Assembly (NCBI GenBank): GCA_030141605.1 | Contig: JAQGDQ010002443.1 | Coordinates: forward strand, 1 to 36,428 | Source of the DNA: Tubiluchus corallicola | Lineage: Eukaryota > Animalia > Priapulida | Direction of reading: 5' to 3' | Length of the DNA: 36,428 nt | Part shown: positions 10,625 to 19,991 of the stretch, one piece after another | How the letters are laid out: each line of letters begins with the position of its first letter | How positions within the stretch are numbered: position 1 is the stretch's first letter | Translations under genes and position numbers: made by a program | The notes under the pieces: generated by a model | Databases searched by the model: none | Seen by the model: the letters and a program-made list of their open reading frames with translations, nothing else | What the model was told of the DNA's origin: nothing

Positions 10625-12244
10625 ATGAAACAAATAATAAAAATATCATTCATAACATTAATCATAATATTTAACAATTGTAAAAAATTAGATATAAATC
10701 CCTCTTCAAACTACACTAATGAGAACTATTTTGAAACAGTTGAACACGCTACCTCAGCCATTTACGGAGTTTATGATGCCCTTTCTACACAAACCATTTA
10801 TGGCAGGAATGTTTCTCTTGTATATCCCTTGGATACAGATGTTTCACAAGTAGGCACATCATTTATCAACAGTAAAAAACCTCTTGAATCTATCGGACAT
10901 TACAGCATAGACCCTAACAATGATGAAATTAAAAAAACTTGGCAAGCCCTTTATAGAGGCATATACAGAGCCAATAATGTAATAGAAAACGTAATGGAGA
11001 TGAATTTATACATCAATGGCACAGAACTAGACGAAGATAACAATACTATATTTACACAAGAAAGAAAAGAACTCAATAGAATACTTGGAGAAGCCTACTT
11101 CCTTAGGGGACTTATGTACTTTGAGCTTGTAAAACTCTGGGGAGATGTGCCTCTGACAACTAGAACCACAAACCACAATGACAACCTCTTTGTAGAAAGA
11201 ACAAGCAAAAACATTGTATATAATCAAATAATATACGATATGACAAAGGCAAAAAATCTCATACCCTCAGTAACAGAAGCAGAAATTAATGAAAGAGTAA
11301 AAAAAGGAGCAGTAAGAGGAATACTAATGAGAGTTTATCTTCACAGAGCAGGCTATTCACTCGATAGTGAGAAAGGAATAATAGAACGTCCCTCAAATTA
11401 TTTAGACTACTATTTTCTGGCAATGAAAGAAGGAGATACACTTATCAATATAGAAAAAAACTATGACCTTCACACAAGCTACAAACTACTGTTTTACAAC
11501 TATACATCATTCATAATAGACCCTACAGAAAGTATGTTAGAAATAGCATTCTACTCCTCAGTAGGTACAAGTGGAGGGTGTATAGCAGCGTGGAATGGAA
11601 CAAAAATAGACAAAGAAAGTAAATATGGAAGAGGTGAAGGTTTAGTATGGACAACTTCTCTTTATCACGATTCTTTCCATCCGGATGACACCATAAGAAA
11701 AAACATAAACATTGTAACTTATAATATAAATGCTAAAGACGAATTCAAAGACATAGACAACACTTATCAATACCGCTGTGGAAAATGGAGAAGAGAATGG
11801 ATATCAAAACCTCCGCTCAATCAATCACAAACTGATGTTAATTGGGTGCTACTTCGCTATGCAGATGTACTATTAATGTATGCAGAAATTATTAACGAAC
11901 TTAACAACGGACCTACACAAGGAGCCTATGATGCTATTAATAAAGTGAGAAATAGAGTAAACCTCTCAGACATTAGTAGTGGTTTATCTTATACTGATTT
12001 TAAAACAGCTATTATCAACGAAAGAGCTTGGGAACTTGGCTTAGAAGGACTTCGAAAATATGACCTTATACGATGGAATATGCTTACAAAGAAAATTACT
12101 GACACCCACACTTACCACCAATATCAAGGGAACTATCCCTATCTCGGTTTTACTTATTTTGTAACTAATAAGCACGAATTATATCCCATACCACAAAGAG
12201 AAATAGAACAAAACCAGAAGTTAACACAAAATCCAAATTATTAA
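10625..12244 (+). CDS. susD: SusD/RagB family glycan-binding lipoprotein
   Basis: Lipoprotein signal (FNNC); motifs GEAYFLRGLMYFELVKLWGDVP, LRYADVLLMYAE, ERAWELGLEGLRKYDLIRW, LYPIPQREI...LTQNPNY; directly downstream of susC. Confidence 0.96.
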   Translation: MKQIIKISFITLIIIFNNCKKLDINPSSNYTNENYFETVEHATSAIYGVYDALSTQTIYGRNVSLVYPLDTDVSQVGTSFINSKKPLESIGHYSIDPNNDEIKKTWQALYRGIYRANNVIENVMEMNLYINGTELDEDNNTIFTQERKELNRILGEAYFLRGLMYFELVKLWGDVPLTTRTTNHNDNLFVERTSKNIVYNQIIYDMTKAKNLIPSVTEAEINERVKKGAVRGILMRVYLHRAGYSLDSEKGIIERPSNYLDYYFLAMKEGDTLINIEKNYDLHTSYKLLFYNYTSFIIDPTESMLEIAFYSSVGTSGGCIAAWNGTKIDKESKYGRGEGLVWTTSLYHDSFHPDDTIRKNINIVTYNINAKDEFKDIDNTYQYRCGKWRREWISKPPLNQSQTDVNWVLLRYADVLLMYAEIINELNNGPTQGAYDAINKVRNRVNLSDISSGLSYTDFKTAIINERAWELGLEGLRKYDLIRWNMLTKKITDTHTYHQYQGNYPYLGFTYFVTNKHELYPIPQREIEQNQKLTQNPNY

Positions 12245-12266
12245 ATTAATTTTAAATATTAAAACT

Positions 12267-13718
12267 ATGAAAAGAACTTTATTATTATTACTCGCCACAG
12301 TATATTTCCAACAGGTAAAAGCACAAACAACCAATAAGCCCAACCTATTATTCATCTTCTCCGACCAACACAGACGGCAAGCCGTAGGAATAATGAACCA
12401 AGACCCCGTTATCACCCCCAACCTAGATAAACTTGCTCAAGAAGGGCAATACTGCACCAATGCCGTAAGCAATGTGCCAGTGTGCTCCCCATTCCGAGCC
12501 ATATTAATGTCTGGACAATATCCCCTCACCAATGGAGTCCCTAAAAACTGCACTCCTGCCAACCCTGGAATGTACCTCAAACCCAATGGCAAAAGATTTG
12601 GGAACGTACTCAAAAACGCAGGCTACCAAACAGGATATATAGGCAAATGGCACCTAGACGACCCAGCTACCAGCAAAAAACTACTTGACTACGACCCTGA
12701 CAATGGTCGAGGATGGGATACCTATACCCCCCCAGGAGAAAAAAGACTTGGTTTTGACTTTTGGTATGCCTATAATTCCTTTGGAGGACACTTCAACCCA
12801 CACTACTGGCAAAATGACCCCCAATACATACAACCTAAAGAATGGTCATCAAAACACGAAACAGACATAGCTATAAACTATATAGAAAACAGAGATAAAA
12901 CTAAACCCTTTGCCCTGTTTATATCTTACCTACCCCCACACGCACCAATGCCCAACTCACCAGAGAAATATAAAGAACCTTACAAAAACTTACCACCAAA
13001 AGAAATTCTTAACCGAGAAAATACCTCTAGATTTCAAAAACACGTAACATTTGCCAAGGACTATTTTGCAGGTGTTACAGCTGTAGATGAACAAGCAGGA
13101 AGACTATTAGACTATTTAAAAGAAACAGGCTTAGATGAAAACACACTTATCGTTTTCACCTCCGACCACGGTGAAATGCTCAGCTCACATAAACAAATAG
13201 CCCATAAAAGTATTTGGTACGAAGAAGCATCAGGCATACCATTCATTATAAAATGGAAAAACAAAATACAACCCCAAAAACAAGAAATGGTATTTGGAGC
13301 TATAGATTTCATGCCTACCGTACTTGGGCTATTAAAATTACCCATCCCTGATGTGGTGCAAGGGCAAGATTTATCCTCATACTTTTTAGGCAATGCCAAC
13401 GAACCTATCCCGACTTCAACCTTTCTTGGAGGCTATGGCATATCTAAAAAAGAACAAAAGAAACTAGAAAAACAAGGTCAAACTAAAAACTGGAATAACT
13501 ATGGGTACAGAGCCGTAAGAACAAATAAATATACTTATGCAGTAAGGCGAAAAATAAAAAATGACGAAACAATAAGATATTTCTATGATAACATAAATGA
13601 CCCCTACCAACTATCACCTATAAAAGCTGAAAATAACACAGAGAATCAAACAATAAAAGAAGCACAAAAAGAACTACAAAAATGGCTTGATAAAATGAAT
13701 GATAATTTTGAATTATAA
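12267..13718 (+). CDS. Formylglycine-dependent (S1) sulfatase, Cys-type; recalled as resembling the S1_27 endo-4-O-sulfatase group
   Basis: SPI signal; PNLLFIFSDQHR; C73-SPFR motif; GYIGKWHLD; PPH; FTSDHG; C-terminal GYRAVRTNKYTYAV. Subfamily from remembered similarity to B. thetaiotaomicron BT3349, not from a search. Confidence 0.92.
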   Translation: MKRTLLLLLATVYFQQVKAQTTNKPNLLFIFSDQHRRQAVGIMNQDPVITPNLDKLAQEGQYCTNAVSNVPVCSPFRAILMSGQYPLTNGVPKNCTPANPGMYLKPNGKRFGNVLKNAGYQTGYIGKWHLDDPATSKKLLDYDPDNGRGWDTYTPPGEKRLGFDFWYAYNSFGGHFNPHYWQNDPQYIQPKEWSSKHETDIAINYIENRDKTKPFALFISYLPPHAPMPNSPEKYKEPYKNLPPKEILNRENTSRFQKHVTFAKDYFAGVTAVDEQAGRLLDYLKETGLDENTLIVFTSDHGEMLSSHKQIAHKSIWYEEASGIPFIIKWKNKIQPQKQEMVFGAIDFMPTVLGLLKLPIPDVVQGQDLSSYFLGNANEPIPTSTFLGGYGISKKEQKKLEKQGQTKNWNNYGYRAVRTNKYTYAVRRKIKNDETIRYFYDNINDPYQLSPIKAENNTENQTIKEAQKELQKWLDKMNDNFEL

Positions 13719-13747
13719 AAACACATATTAATAATAACAATAGAAAA

Positions 13748-15181
13748 ATGAAACACATACTTATACTACTACTAATCATTATACAAGGATATAAAATAAA
13801 GGCAGAAATACCTTCACCCCAATACATACTATTACTAATGACAGACCAGCATAGAGCAGATGCTTTAAGCAAACTTAACTCACCCTATGCACAAACTCCT
13901 ACTCTTGACAAACTAGCAAAACAAGGAGTCCATTTTACCAATACATATTGCCAAGTACCACTTTGCGTCCCATCACGCACCTCACTACTACTTGGTCGTT
14001 ACGCACACTCAACAGGCGTATGGGGAAATACAGGAGTAGCCCCCAGTGAGTTACCCTCATTTACACAGCAACTAAGTCAAATAGGATATACAACAGTCTG
14101 CTACGGTAAACTACACATACATCAAAGAACAAAACAAGATTGGGATATTTACAACCCTCTTAACGATTATTCGCCCTTAGCAAAAATAAAAGAAACCCCA
14201 CGATTAGAAAAATATAAAATATCAGATGCCCCTCAACTTAAACCTAAAATAGTAGAGAATTTGCCCTATGGACAACCTTCTCCCTATAAAAAAGAAGCCC
14301 ATTACGAATGGCAAGTCAAAGAAAAGGTAATAAAATACATAAAAGAAAACACAGATAAAAAATGGTTTATCCAATGTTCATTTATCAAGCCACACGCACC
14401 ATTTCAGCCACCTCAAAAATATTGGAATAAATACAGCAAAATGGATATTAAAATACCTAATTACCCAGCAGACGATTTAGATGATACCTACCCCCCACAG
14501 CAAAGGAAAATGATAGAACAAAACCTACACCAACCTACAAAAGAACAAATAAAAGATGCGATGATAGGCTATTATGCTAACCTCGAATTTTGCGATGATA
14601 TGCTCAAAGAAATAATACAAACCCTTGAAGACTTAAATATCAGAGACAAAACACTTATTATTTACCTCTCCGACCACGGTGAAATGCTATGGGACCACAA
14701 CCTATGGCATAAAGTAAATTTCTTTGAACAATCAGTAAAAGTACCTCTTATTATTAGCTACCCGCCCCTACAACAAAACTTAGAAACAGATGCACTTGTA
14801 GAATTGATAGATCTATTTCCTACATTAATGGATATTACCCGACAACCAACACCATTAACAGCACAAGGCAAAACACTACTACCACTACTCACCGCTCAAA
14901 CCACTACCCACAGACAATACGTAAGAAGTGAGTGCCCCGGTTACAATACTGACAAAACAGATAGACGAAGAATGCACTTCGACGGACAATTCAAGTACAT
15001 AGATAATGGAGAAGGAAATACACCCGAGTTGTACGACCTACAAGTAGACCCCGAAGAAATAAATAACATAGCAACAAAACCCAAACACAAAAAACAAGTA
15101 AAAAAAATGATAGATGAATTAAGAAAATGGGGAAATACAGATGTAGTAAAAGGGGGCTGGGTAACAAACAAAAAAAAATAA
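13748..15181 (+). CDS. Formylglycine-dependent (S1) sulfatase, Cys-type; choline-sulfatase/iduronate-sulfatase-like
   Basis: Signal peptide; LMTDQHR; C73-VPSR; GKLH; FIKPHAPF; SDHGEMLWDHNLWHK; ELYDLQVDPEE. Confidence 0.92.
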   Translation: MKHILILLLIIIQGYKIKAEIPSPQYILLLMTDQHRADALSKLNSPYAQTPTLDKLAKQGVHFTNTYCQVPLCVPSRTSLLLGRYAHSTGVWGNTGVAPSELPSFTQQLSQIGYTTVCYGKLHIHQRTKQDWDIYNPLNDYSPLAKIKETPRLEKYKISDAPQLKPKIVENLPYGQPSPYKKEAHYEWQVKEKVIKYIKENTDKKWFIQCSFIKPHAPFQPPQKYWNKYSKMDIKIPNYPADDLDDTYPPQQRKMIEQNLHQPTKEQIKDAMIGYYANLEFCDDMLKEIIQTLEDLNIRDKTLIIYLSDHGEMLWDHNLWHKVNFFEQSVKVPLIISYPPLQQNLETDALVELIDLFPTLMDITRQPTPLTAQGKTLLPLLTAQTTTHRQYVRSECPGYNTDKTDRRRMHFDGQFKYIDNGEGNTPELYDLQVDPEEINNIATKPKHKKQVKKMIDELRKWGNTDVVKGGWVTNKKK

Positions 15182-15194
15182 GAAACTAAATATT

Positions 15195-16742
15195 ATGAAA
15201 AACATTCTATTAACATTATCTCTCATTATTGTAACTCATACTTTAAATGCCACCACCTACTACGTAAACAGCAAGCAAGGAAATGATAAGAATACAGGCA
15301 AATCTCCTGCTAAAGCGTGGAAAACATTAGAGAAAACAAACAACTACAAATTTAAAGCAGGTGATAGTATACTATTAAAAAGTGGAGAAATATGGAACGA
15401 CGAACAACTAAAAATAATCTCATCAGGCAAAAAGAACAACCTTATAGTATATGACAAATATGGCAATTCTGACACAAAGCCTCGTATTAACTGTAACGGT
15501 AAATACTTAGACGCAGTTCATATTTACAATGCTCAATACTTAGTTCTCCAAAATATAGAAATAACCAACCAAGGGAACCAACCCATACCCAGTAGAAAAG
15601 GCCTACATATTCAACTGAACAACTTCGGTAAAGCCCGAGACATAATTGTGAAAAACTTGTTTATACACAATGTAAATGGAACGGTAAGTTATGGAAAAGC
15701 CTCAAAGAACTCCTGTGGCATATTGTTCAACAATAAAGGAGAAGAAATAATATCTACATTTGACGGGCTATTAATAGAGAACAATCATATCCGAACAGTA
15801 GACAGAGCAGGGATAAAAGGAGGGGGAGGATATAAAAGAAGCAACTGGCATCCTAACATTAATGTTGTCATACGTAATAACTTACTTGAAGACATAGGAG
15901 GACAAGGCATCAACCCCAGTGGATGTGATGGAACAATAATAGAACATAACACCCTAAGAGGTATAGGTAGACGAGATAGGGGTGTAGGTATATGGCCATT
16001 CAACTGCGATAATACCCTTATACAATACAATGATGTAAGGGGCTGCAGAGGAGACATAGATGCACAAGGATATGATTCAGATTACAACTGCAAAAACACT
16101 ATCTTCCAATACAACTATAGCCAAGATAATGAAGGAGGTTTCATGCTTGTTTGCACTAACGGAGAAGCAAAAAACTCTAAAAACTACATAGGCAATAATG
16201 GAACAATTGTGCGATACAATATAAGTGTAAACGACGGGTTTAGAGCTTATGGGCCAAAAAAAGGCTTTTCACCTACCTTTCATATTACAGGACCTCTCAA
16301 AAACACCCAAATATATAACAACACTATATACATATCTAATAAACCCTTAGGCTCTGAAAAAACACTCGTACACTTTAAAAATTGGGGATATACAAAGAAC
16401 GACTGGCCAGATGGAACCTACTTTTACAACAATATTTTCTACGTGGAAGATACTACACAATATATATTAGCAGGTTCAAAGAACACTATATTTGAAAACA
16501 ACATATTTTATGGCATCCATAAGAATAAGCCTAATGATGAAAAACATATAACGAATGACCCCTTGTTTTTTAAAAAAGAATATTCCAATTCACCCGACAG
16601 TTACAAACTCAAAAAAGAAAGTCCCGCAATAGGAACAGGTAAAGTAATAAAGAATAATGGAGGAAAAGACTTTTGGGGAAACCTTGTGCCCGAAAATACA
16701 CCTCCAAATATAGGAGCGTATAATGGACCTCCAATCCATTGA
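15195..16742 (+). CDS. Right-handed parallel beta-helix protein, GH136 (lacto-N-biosidase)-like candidate glycoside hydrolase
   Basis: Signal peptide; N-terminal YYVNSKQGNDKNTGKSPAKAWKTL...AGDSILLKSG; repeated IxNN/IxYN beta-helix rungs; GIWPFNCDNTLIQYN and DAQGYDSDYNCKNTIFQYNYSQDNEGGFMLVC; C-terminal SPAIGTG...DFWG...PNIGAY. Confidence 0.75.
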   Translation: MKNILLTLSLIIVTHTLNATTYYVNSKQGNDKNTGKSPAKAWKTLEKTNNYKFKAGDSILLKSGEIWNDEQLKIISSGKKNNLIVYDKYGNSDTKPRINCNGKYLDAVHIYNAQYLVLQNIEITNQGNQPIPSRKGLHIQLNNFGKARDIIVKNLFIHNVNGTVSYGKASKNSCGILFNNKGEEIISTFDGLLIENNHIRTVDRAGIKGGGGYKRSNWHPNINVVIRNNLLEDIGGQGINPSGCDGTIIEHNTLRGIGRRDRGVGIWPFNCDNTLIQYNDVRGCRGDIDAQGYDSDYNCKNTIFQYNYSQDNEGGFMLVCTNGEAKNSKNYIGNNGTIVRYNISVNDGFRAYGPKKGFSPTFHITGPLKNTQIYNNTIYISNKPLGSEKTLVHFKNWGYTKNDWPDGTYFYNNIFYVEDTTQYILAGSKNTIFENNIFYGIHKNKPNDEKHITNDPLFFKKEYSNSPDSYKLKKESPAIGTGKVIKNNGGKDFWGNLVPENTPPNIGAYNGPPIH

Positions 16743-16825
16743 CACTTAAATTTTTTAAGAAAAGAAACACTTAATTTATCATAACTCTATAATAAATATA
16801 AACTAACTAAGAATAAATATTTTTT

Positions 16826-18385
16826 ATGAAAACACAATTATTATTTCAATTACTAATTGCTATCCTTTTAGCATCTTGTAATACAGCATCAAAATCAGAG
16901 AAAAAACAAAAATCTACTCTTCCCAATATAGTTATTATTTACACAGATGATTTAGGATATGCAGATGTCTATTCTTATGGAGCGAAAGGAGTAGAGACGC
17001 CTAATGTTGACAAAATGGCTAAAAATGGATTGAAGTTTACAGATGCTCACTGTTCAGCAGCTACTTGTACTCCCTCAAGATATGCTCTACTCACAGGAAG
17101 CTACGCCTTTAGAAATGATGCTAAAATTCTGGATGGGGATGATCCTTTACTAATTCGTCCAGAACAATTTACCCTGCCAAAAATGTTGCAAAAAGCAGGA
17201 TATAAAACAGGAATCGTTGGGAAATGGCATTTAGGACTAGGAAATGGCTCAGTAGATTGGAACGACGAGATAAAACCAGGACCTATTGAAATAGGCTTTG
17301 ACTATTCTTTTATTATTCCAGCAACAGGAGACAGAGTTCCTTGTGTATTTGTTGAAAACCATCGTGTAGTGGGACTTTCTGAAGATGACCCCATACAAGT
17401 AAGTTATAAAGAAAGAATAGGAAATGAACCAACAGGTGTTTTAAACCCAGAGTTACTAAAAATAAAAGCAGATAGACAACATAGCGAAGCCATTGTTAAT
17501 GGCGTTAGTCGTATTGGATATATGACTGGAGGTAAGTCTGCTCTATGGAAAGATGAAGAATTTCCTAACACTCTTACTGAAAAAGCAAAGAACTTTATCA
17601 CTAAGAACAAAAATAACCCTTTCTTTCTATATTTTTCTTTTCACGATATACACGTTCCACGAATAATAGACCCACGTTTTGAAGGTAAAAGCAAAATGGG
17701 AGCAAGAGGTGATGCTATAGTTCAAATGGATTGGTGTACAGGAGAAATTATTAAAACCCTAAATAACTTAGGTCTTACGGAAAACACCCTTGTTATATTT
17801 ACCAGCGATAATGGTCCTATATTAGATGATGGCTATGACGACCAAGCTGTAGAAATGTTAGGAAAACATAGTCCATCAGGCCCATTTAGAGGTGGAAAAT
17901 ATAGTGCTTTTGAAGGAGGGACAAGAGTTCCCACTATTACCTATTGGCCTTCTGTAATAAAAGCAGGAAATAATGATGCGATGATTAGTCAAGTAGATTT
18001 TTTAGCCTCTTTTGCTAAGCTTACAGGCCAAACATTAAGTGCAGAGAAAATGCAAGACAGCTATGATATGTTAGATGTTTTGCTTGGAAAATCTAATAAT
18101 GGACGAGAAACAATGATTGAAGAATCTTTTACACTCTCACTTCGTAAAGGAGAATGGAAATATATTCAACCTGTTTCAAAAAAACTAGCAAGTTGGCTTA
18201 AAGATAAAGATGTAGAAACAGGACTCTCTAATAAAGAGCAATTATACAATCTTTCAACAGATATAGGGGAACAAAATAACTTAGCAACAAAACATCCTGA
18301 TAAATTAAAAGAAATGCAGCAAGTGTTTCAACAAATTATAGACAAAATGCCAAATTCTACAAATGAGAATTCGGTTAAAAGATAG
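16826..18385 (+). CDS. Lipoprotein S1 sulfatase, Cys-type; recalled as resembling S1_15 (Gal/GalNAc-6-O-sulfatases)
   Basis: Lipobox LLASC; PNIVIIYTDDLGY; C81-TPSRYALLTG; GKWHLGLG; IIPATGDRVPCV; FTSDNGP; RGGKYSAFEGGTRVP. Confidence 0.93.
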   Translation: MKTQLLFQLLIAILLASCNTASKSEKKQKSTLPNIVIIYTDDLGYADVYSYGAKGVETPNVDKMAKNGLKFTDAHCSAATCTPSRYALLTGSYAFRNDAKILDGDDPLLIRPEQFTLPKMLQKAGYKTGIVGKWHLGLGNGSVDWNDEIKPGPIEIGFDYSFIIPATGDRVPCVFVENHRVVGLSEDDPIQVSYKERIGNEPTGVLNPELLKIKADRQHSEAIVNGVSRIGYMTGGKSALWKDEEFPNTLTEKAKNFITKNKNNPFFLYFSFHDIHVPRIIDPRFEGKSKMGARGDAIVQMDWCTGEIIKTLNNLGLTENTLVIFTSDNGPILDDGYDDQAVEMLGKHSPSGPFRGGKYSAFEGGTRVPTITYWPSVIKAGNNDAMISQVDFLASFAKLTGQTLSAEKMQDSYDMLDVLLGKSNNGRETMIEESFTLSLRKGEWKYIQPVSKKLASWLKDKDVETGLSNKEQLYNLSTDIGEQNNLATKHPDKLKEMQQVFQQIIDKMPNSTNENSVKR

Positions 18386-18425
18386 ATTTGCTTATTCTCA
18401 ATGTGTGTTTTATATTATAGTCCAA

Positions 18426-18469
18426 AAAATCCCTTTGCATCATAGAATTATTATGTGCAAAGGGATTTT
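18426..18469. terminator. Probable bidirectional intrinsic terminator ending the PUL
   Basis: Inverted repeat aaaatccctttgca / tgcaaagggatttt with inner cata/tatg pairing, flanked by A and T tracts, between convergent genes. Confidence 0.8.
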
Positions 18470-18492
18470 ATTTTACTGAATTTTGTTTCTTT

Positions 18493-18846
18493 TCAAATAC
18501 TTTTGGAAACGTTCTCAAGTTCTTTGGCTGCCTTTTTTGTATTGGTAGAAAACATATCTACAAAATTAGGAAATTTTTCAGTTTCCTCAGACTTTTCTGC
18601 CAAGTCTTCAAGAGTAGATAGTAATATGGCAGTCTCGTCCATTCCAAACATTGCGACTGAAGACCTTGCTTTATGGGCGCTTGCTTTCAGTAAAGTCCAG
18701 TTTTTATTATCCAAAGCTTTCTGCATATCTTCGGATAAGACTTGCATTTGTTCAATAAAAGCCTCTATTAATACTTTTATAAGCTCTTTGCTTCCATCAG
18801 AGATACTAACGAGGTAGTCTAGGTTTACAAATTTTAGGTTTTTCAT
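18493..18846 (-). CDS. Standalone Hpt (histidine phosphotransfer) domain protein
   Basis: 117 aa, helical; NLDYLVSISDGSKELI and LKASAHKARSSVAMFG match the Hpt phospho-His motif (HxxKSS-like). Confidence 0.85.
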   Translation of the reverse strand: MKNLKFVNLDYLVSISDGSKELIKVLIEAFIEQMQVLSEDMQKALDNKNWTLLKASAHKARSSVAMFGMDETAILLSTLEDLAEKSEETEKFPNFVDMFSTNTKKAAKELENVSKSI

Positions 18847-19208
18847 GACTAATTTTGATTTTTGTTAATTTTTATACTACAAAAGTGTGGCAATAAACTT
18901 CTAATGAAACTCAACAAAGCTTTAAAAACCTTAAAAATAAACCCTTAGCTGTTAAAGGAAGTTAAAAAGACGTTATGTATGGATAGCTGCTCCTATATAT
19001 ATAATAATTCTTTAAGTTAGCTGTGATATATTTACCAAAGATGTTTTCTATTTTTTTTGTATTAAAATAAGGAGAAGGTAATTATGTAAATTTGTAGTAG
19101 ATAAGAAGGTAATAAATACAAGGTAGATTCACAAGCGTTTTAGGTGATTGCCTGTTCTAAGAAAAAGATACTTTATTTGCAGCGAAAGGATGGTTAACAA
19201 AGTTACTC

Positions 19209-19931
19209 TCAATTTTTATCGTTTCTTACTAATATATTTCCCTGCAAGACAGGCACTACATTGGTAATATCCTGCTGCAAACAATATTTTATGTCCTCAT
19301 CTAGTTTATGCAGCTTATTTCTAACACGGCTACAATTGTCAAGAATATAATTATACATATTACCTTTCGCAGCCTTGCACACTGCCTTGGCAATACCGAT
19401 AGAATCGCTTGTAAAGGTAAAGCCGCTATGTTTTAAAATGTTCTCCACCAAAACACCTGCAAAAATAGTATCTTCATAGTTTATTCTATTTTTCCATCCT
19501 GAGCAGAGCAAAAGCACATTTTTGTTTTGTCTTACCACATAGCTTGTTACAGCTTTCAAGTTTAAAAAAGAACCAATAGTAATTTCAGAGTCTTTTGCTA
19601 TGTTAATAGCCTTAGTTCCATTAGTAGTAGTAAGAGCTATCTTTTTACCTTGTATATTATTGTTGATATAGTCAAAAGGTGAGTTTCCAAGTTCGAAACC
19701 TTCCAGCTTATCTCCATTTCGCTCTCCCGCTGTAATATAACCTTTGTCTTTCATAGACAAGGTCTCTTGTCTGTCTTGGCAAGGCATTACCTGTGTAGCT
19801 CCTCTATGCAGAATAGTACATACAGTAGAGGTAAACCTAAATATATCTATGATAACGGTTATTTGTTCTCTCATCTTGTAGTAAGGGTACTCCGCAGGAG
19901 TAAAGCAAATGTCTACCAATTTTTTGTCCAT
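19209..19931 (-). CDS. comB: 2-phosphosulfolactate phosphatase (ComB) family protein
   Basis: Motifs IDIFRFTST, AGERNG, LGNSPF, TTTNGT, ED. The start is probably MDKKLVDICF at 19931 rather than the ORF-track start at 19973. Confidence 0.9.
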   Translation of the reverse strand: MDKKLVDICFTPAEYPYYKMREQITVIIDIFRFTSTVCTILHRGATQVMPCQDRQETLSMKDKGYITAGERNGDKLEGFELGNSPFDYINNNIQGKKIALTTTNGTKAINIAKDSEITIGSFLNLKAVTSYVVRQNKNVLLLCSGWKNRINYEDTIFAGVLVENILKHSGFTFTSDSIGIAKAVCKAAKGNMYNYILDNCSRVRNKLHKLDEDIKYCLQQDITNVVPVLQGNILVRNDKN

Positions 19932-19991
19932 CTTTCGTAAGAATAAAGTACTTGTACGAGTAAAACTAACCATTTTAAAACAACAAAGAAA

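Noticed and set aside
18886-18903. Possible sigma-54 (-24/-12) site tggcaataaacttct, and a similar tggcagc at about 33453
   Set aside because: They lack the GC dinucleotide at the required GG-N10-GC spacing.
19209-19931. Functional link between the ComB phosphosulfolactate phosphatase and the sulfatase PUL
   Set aside because: ComB homologs are widespread housekeeping genes in Bacteroidota; the gene is on the opposite strand beyond a terminator, and sulfonate chemistry is unrelated to sulfate-ester hydrolysis.
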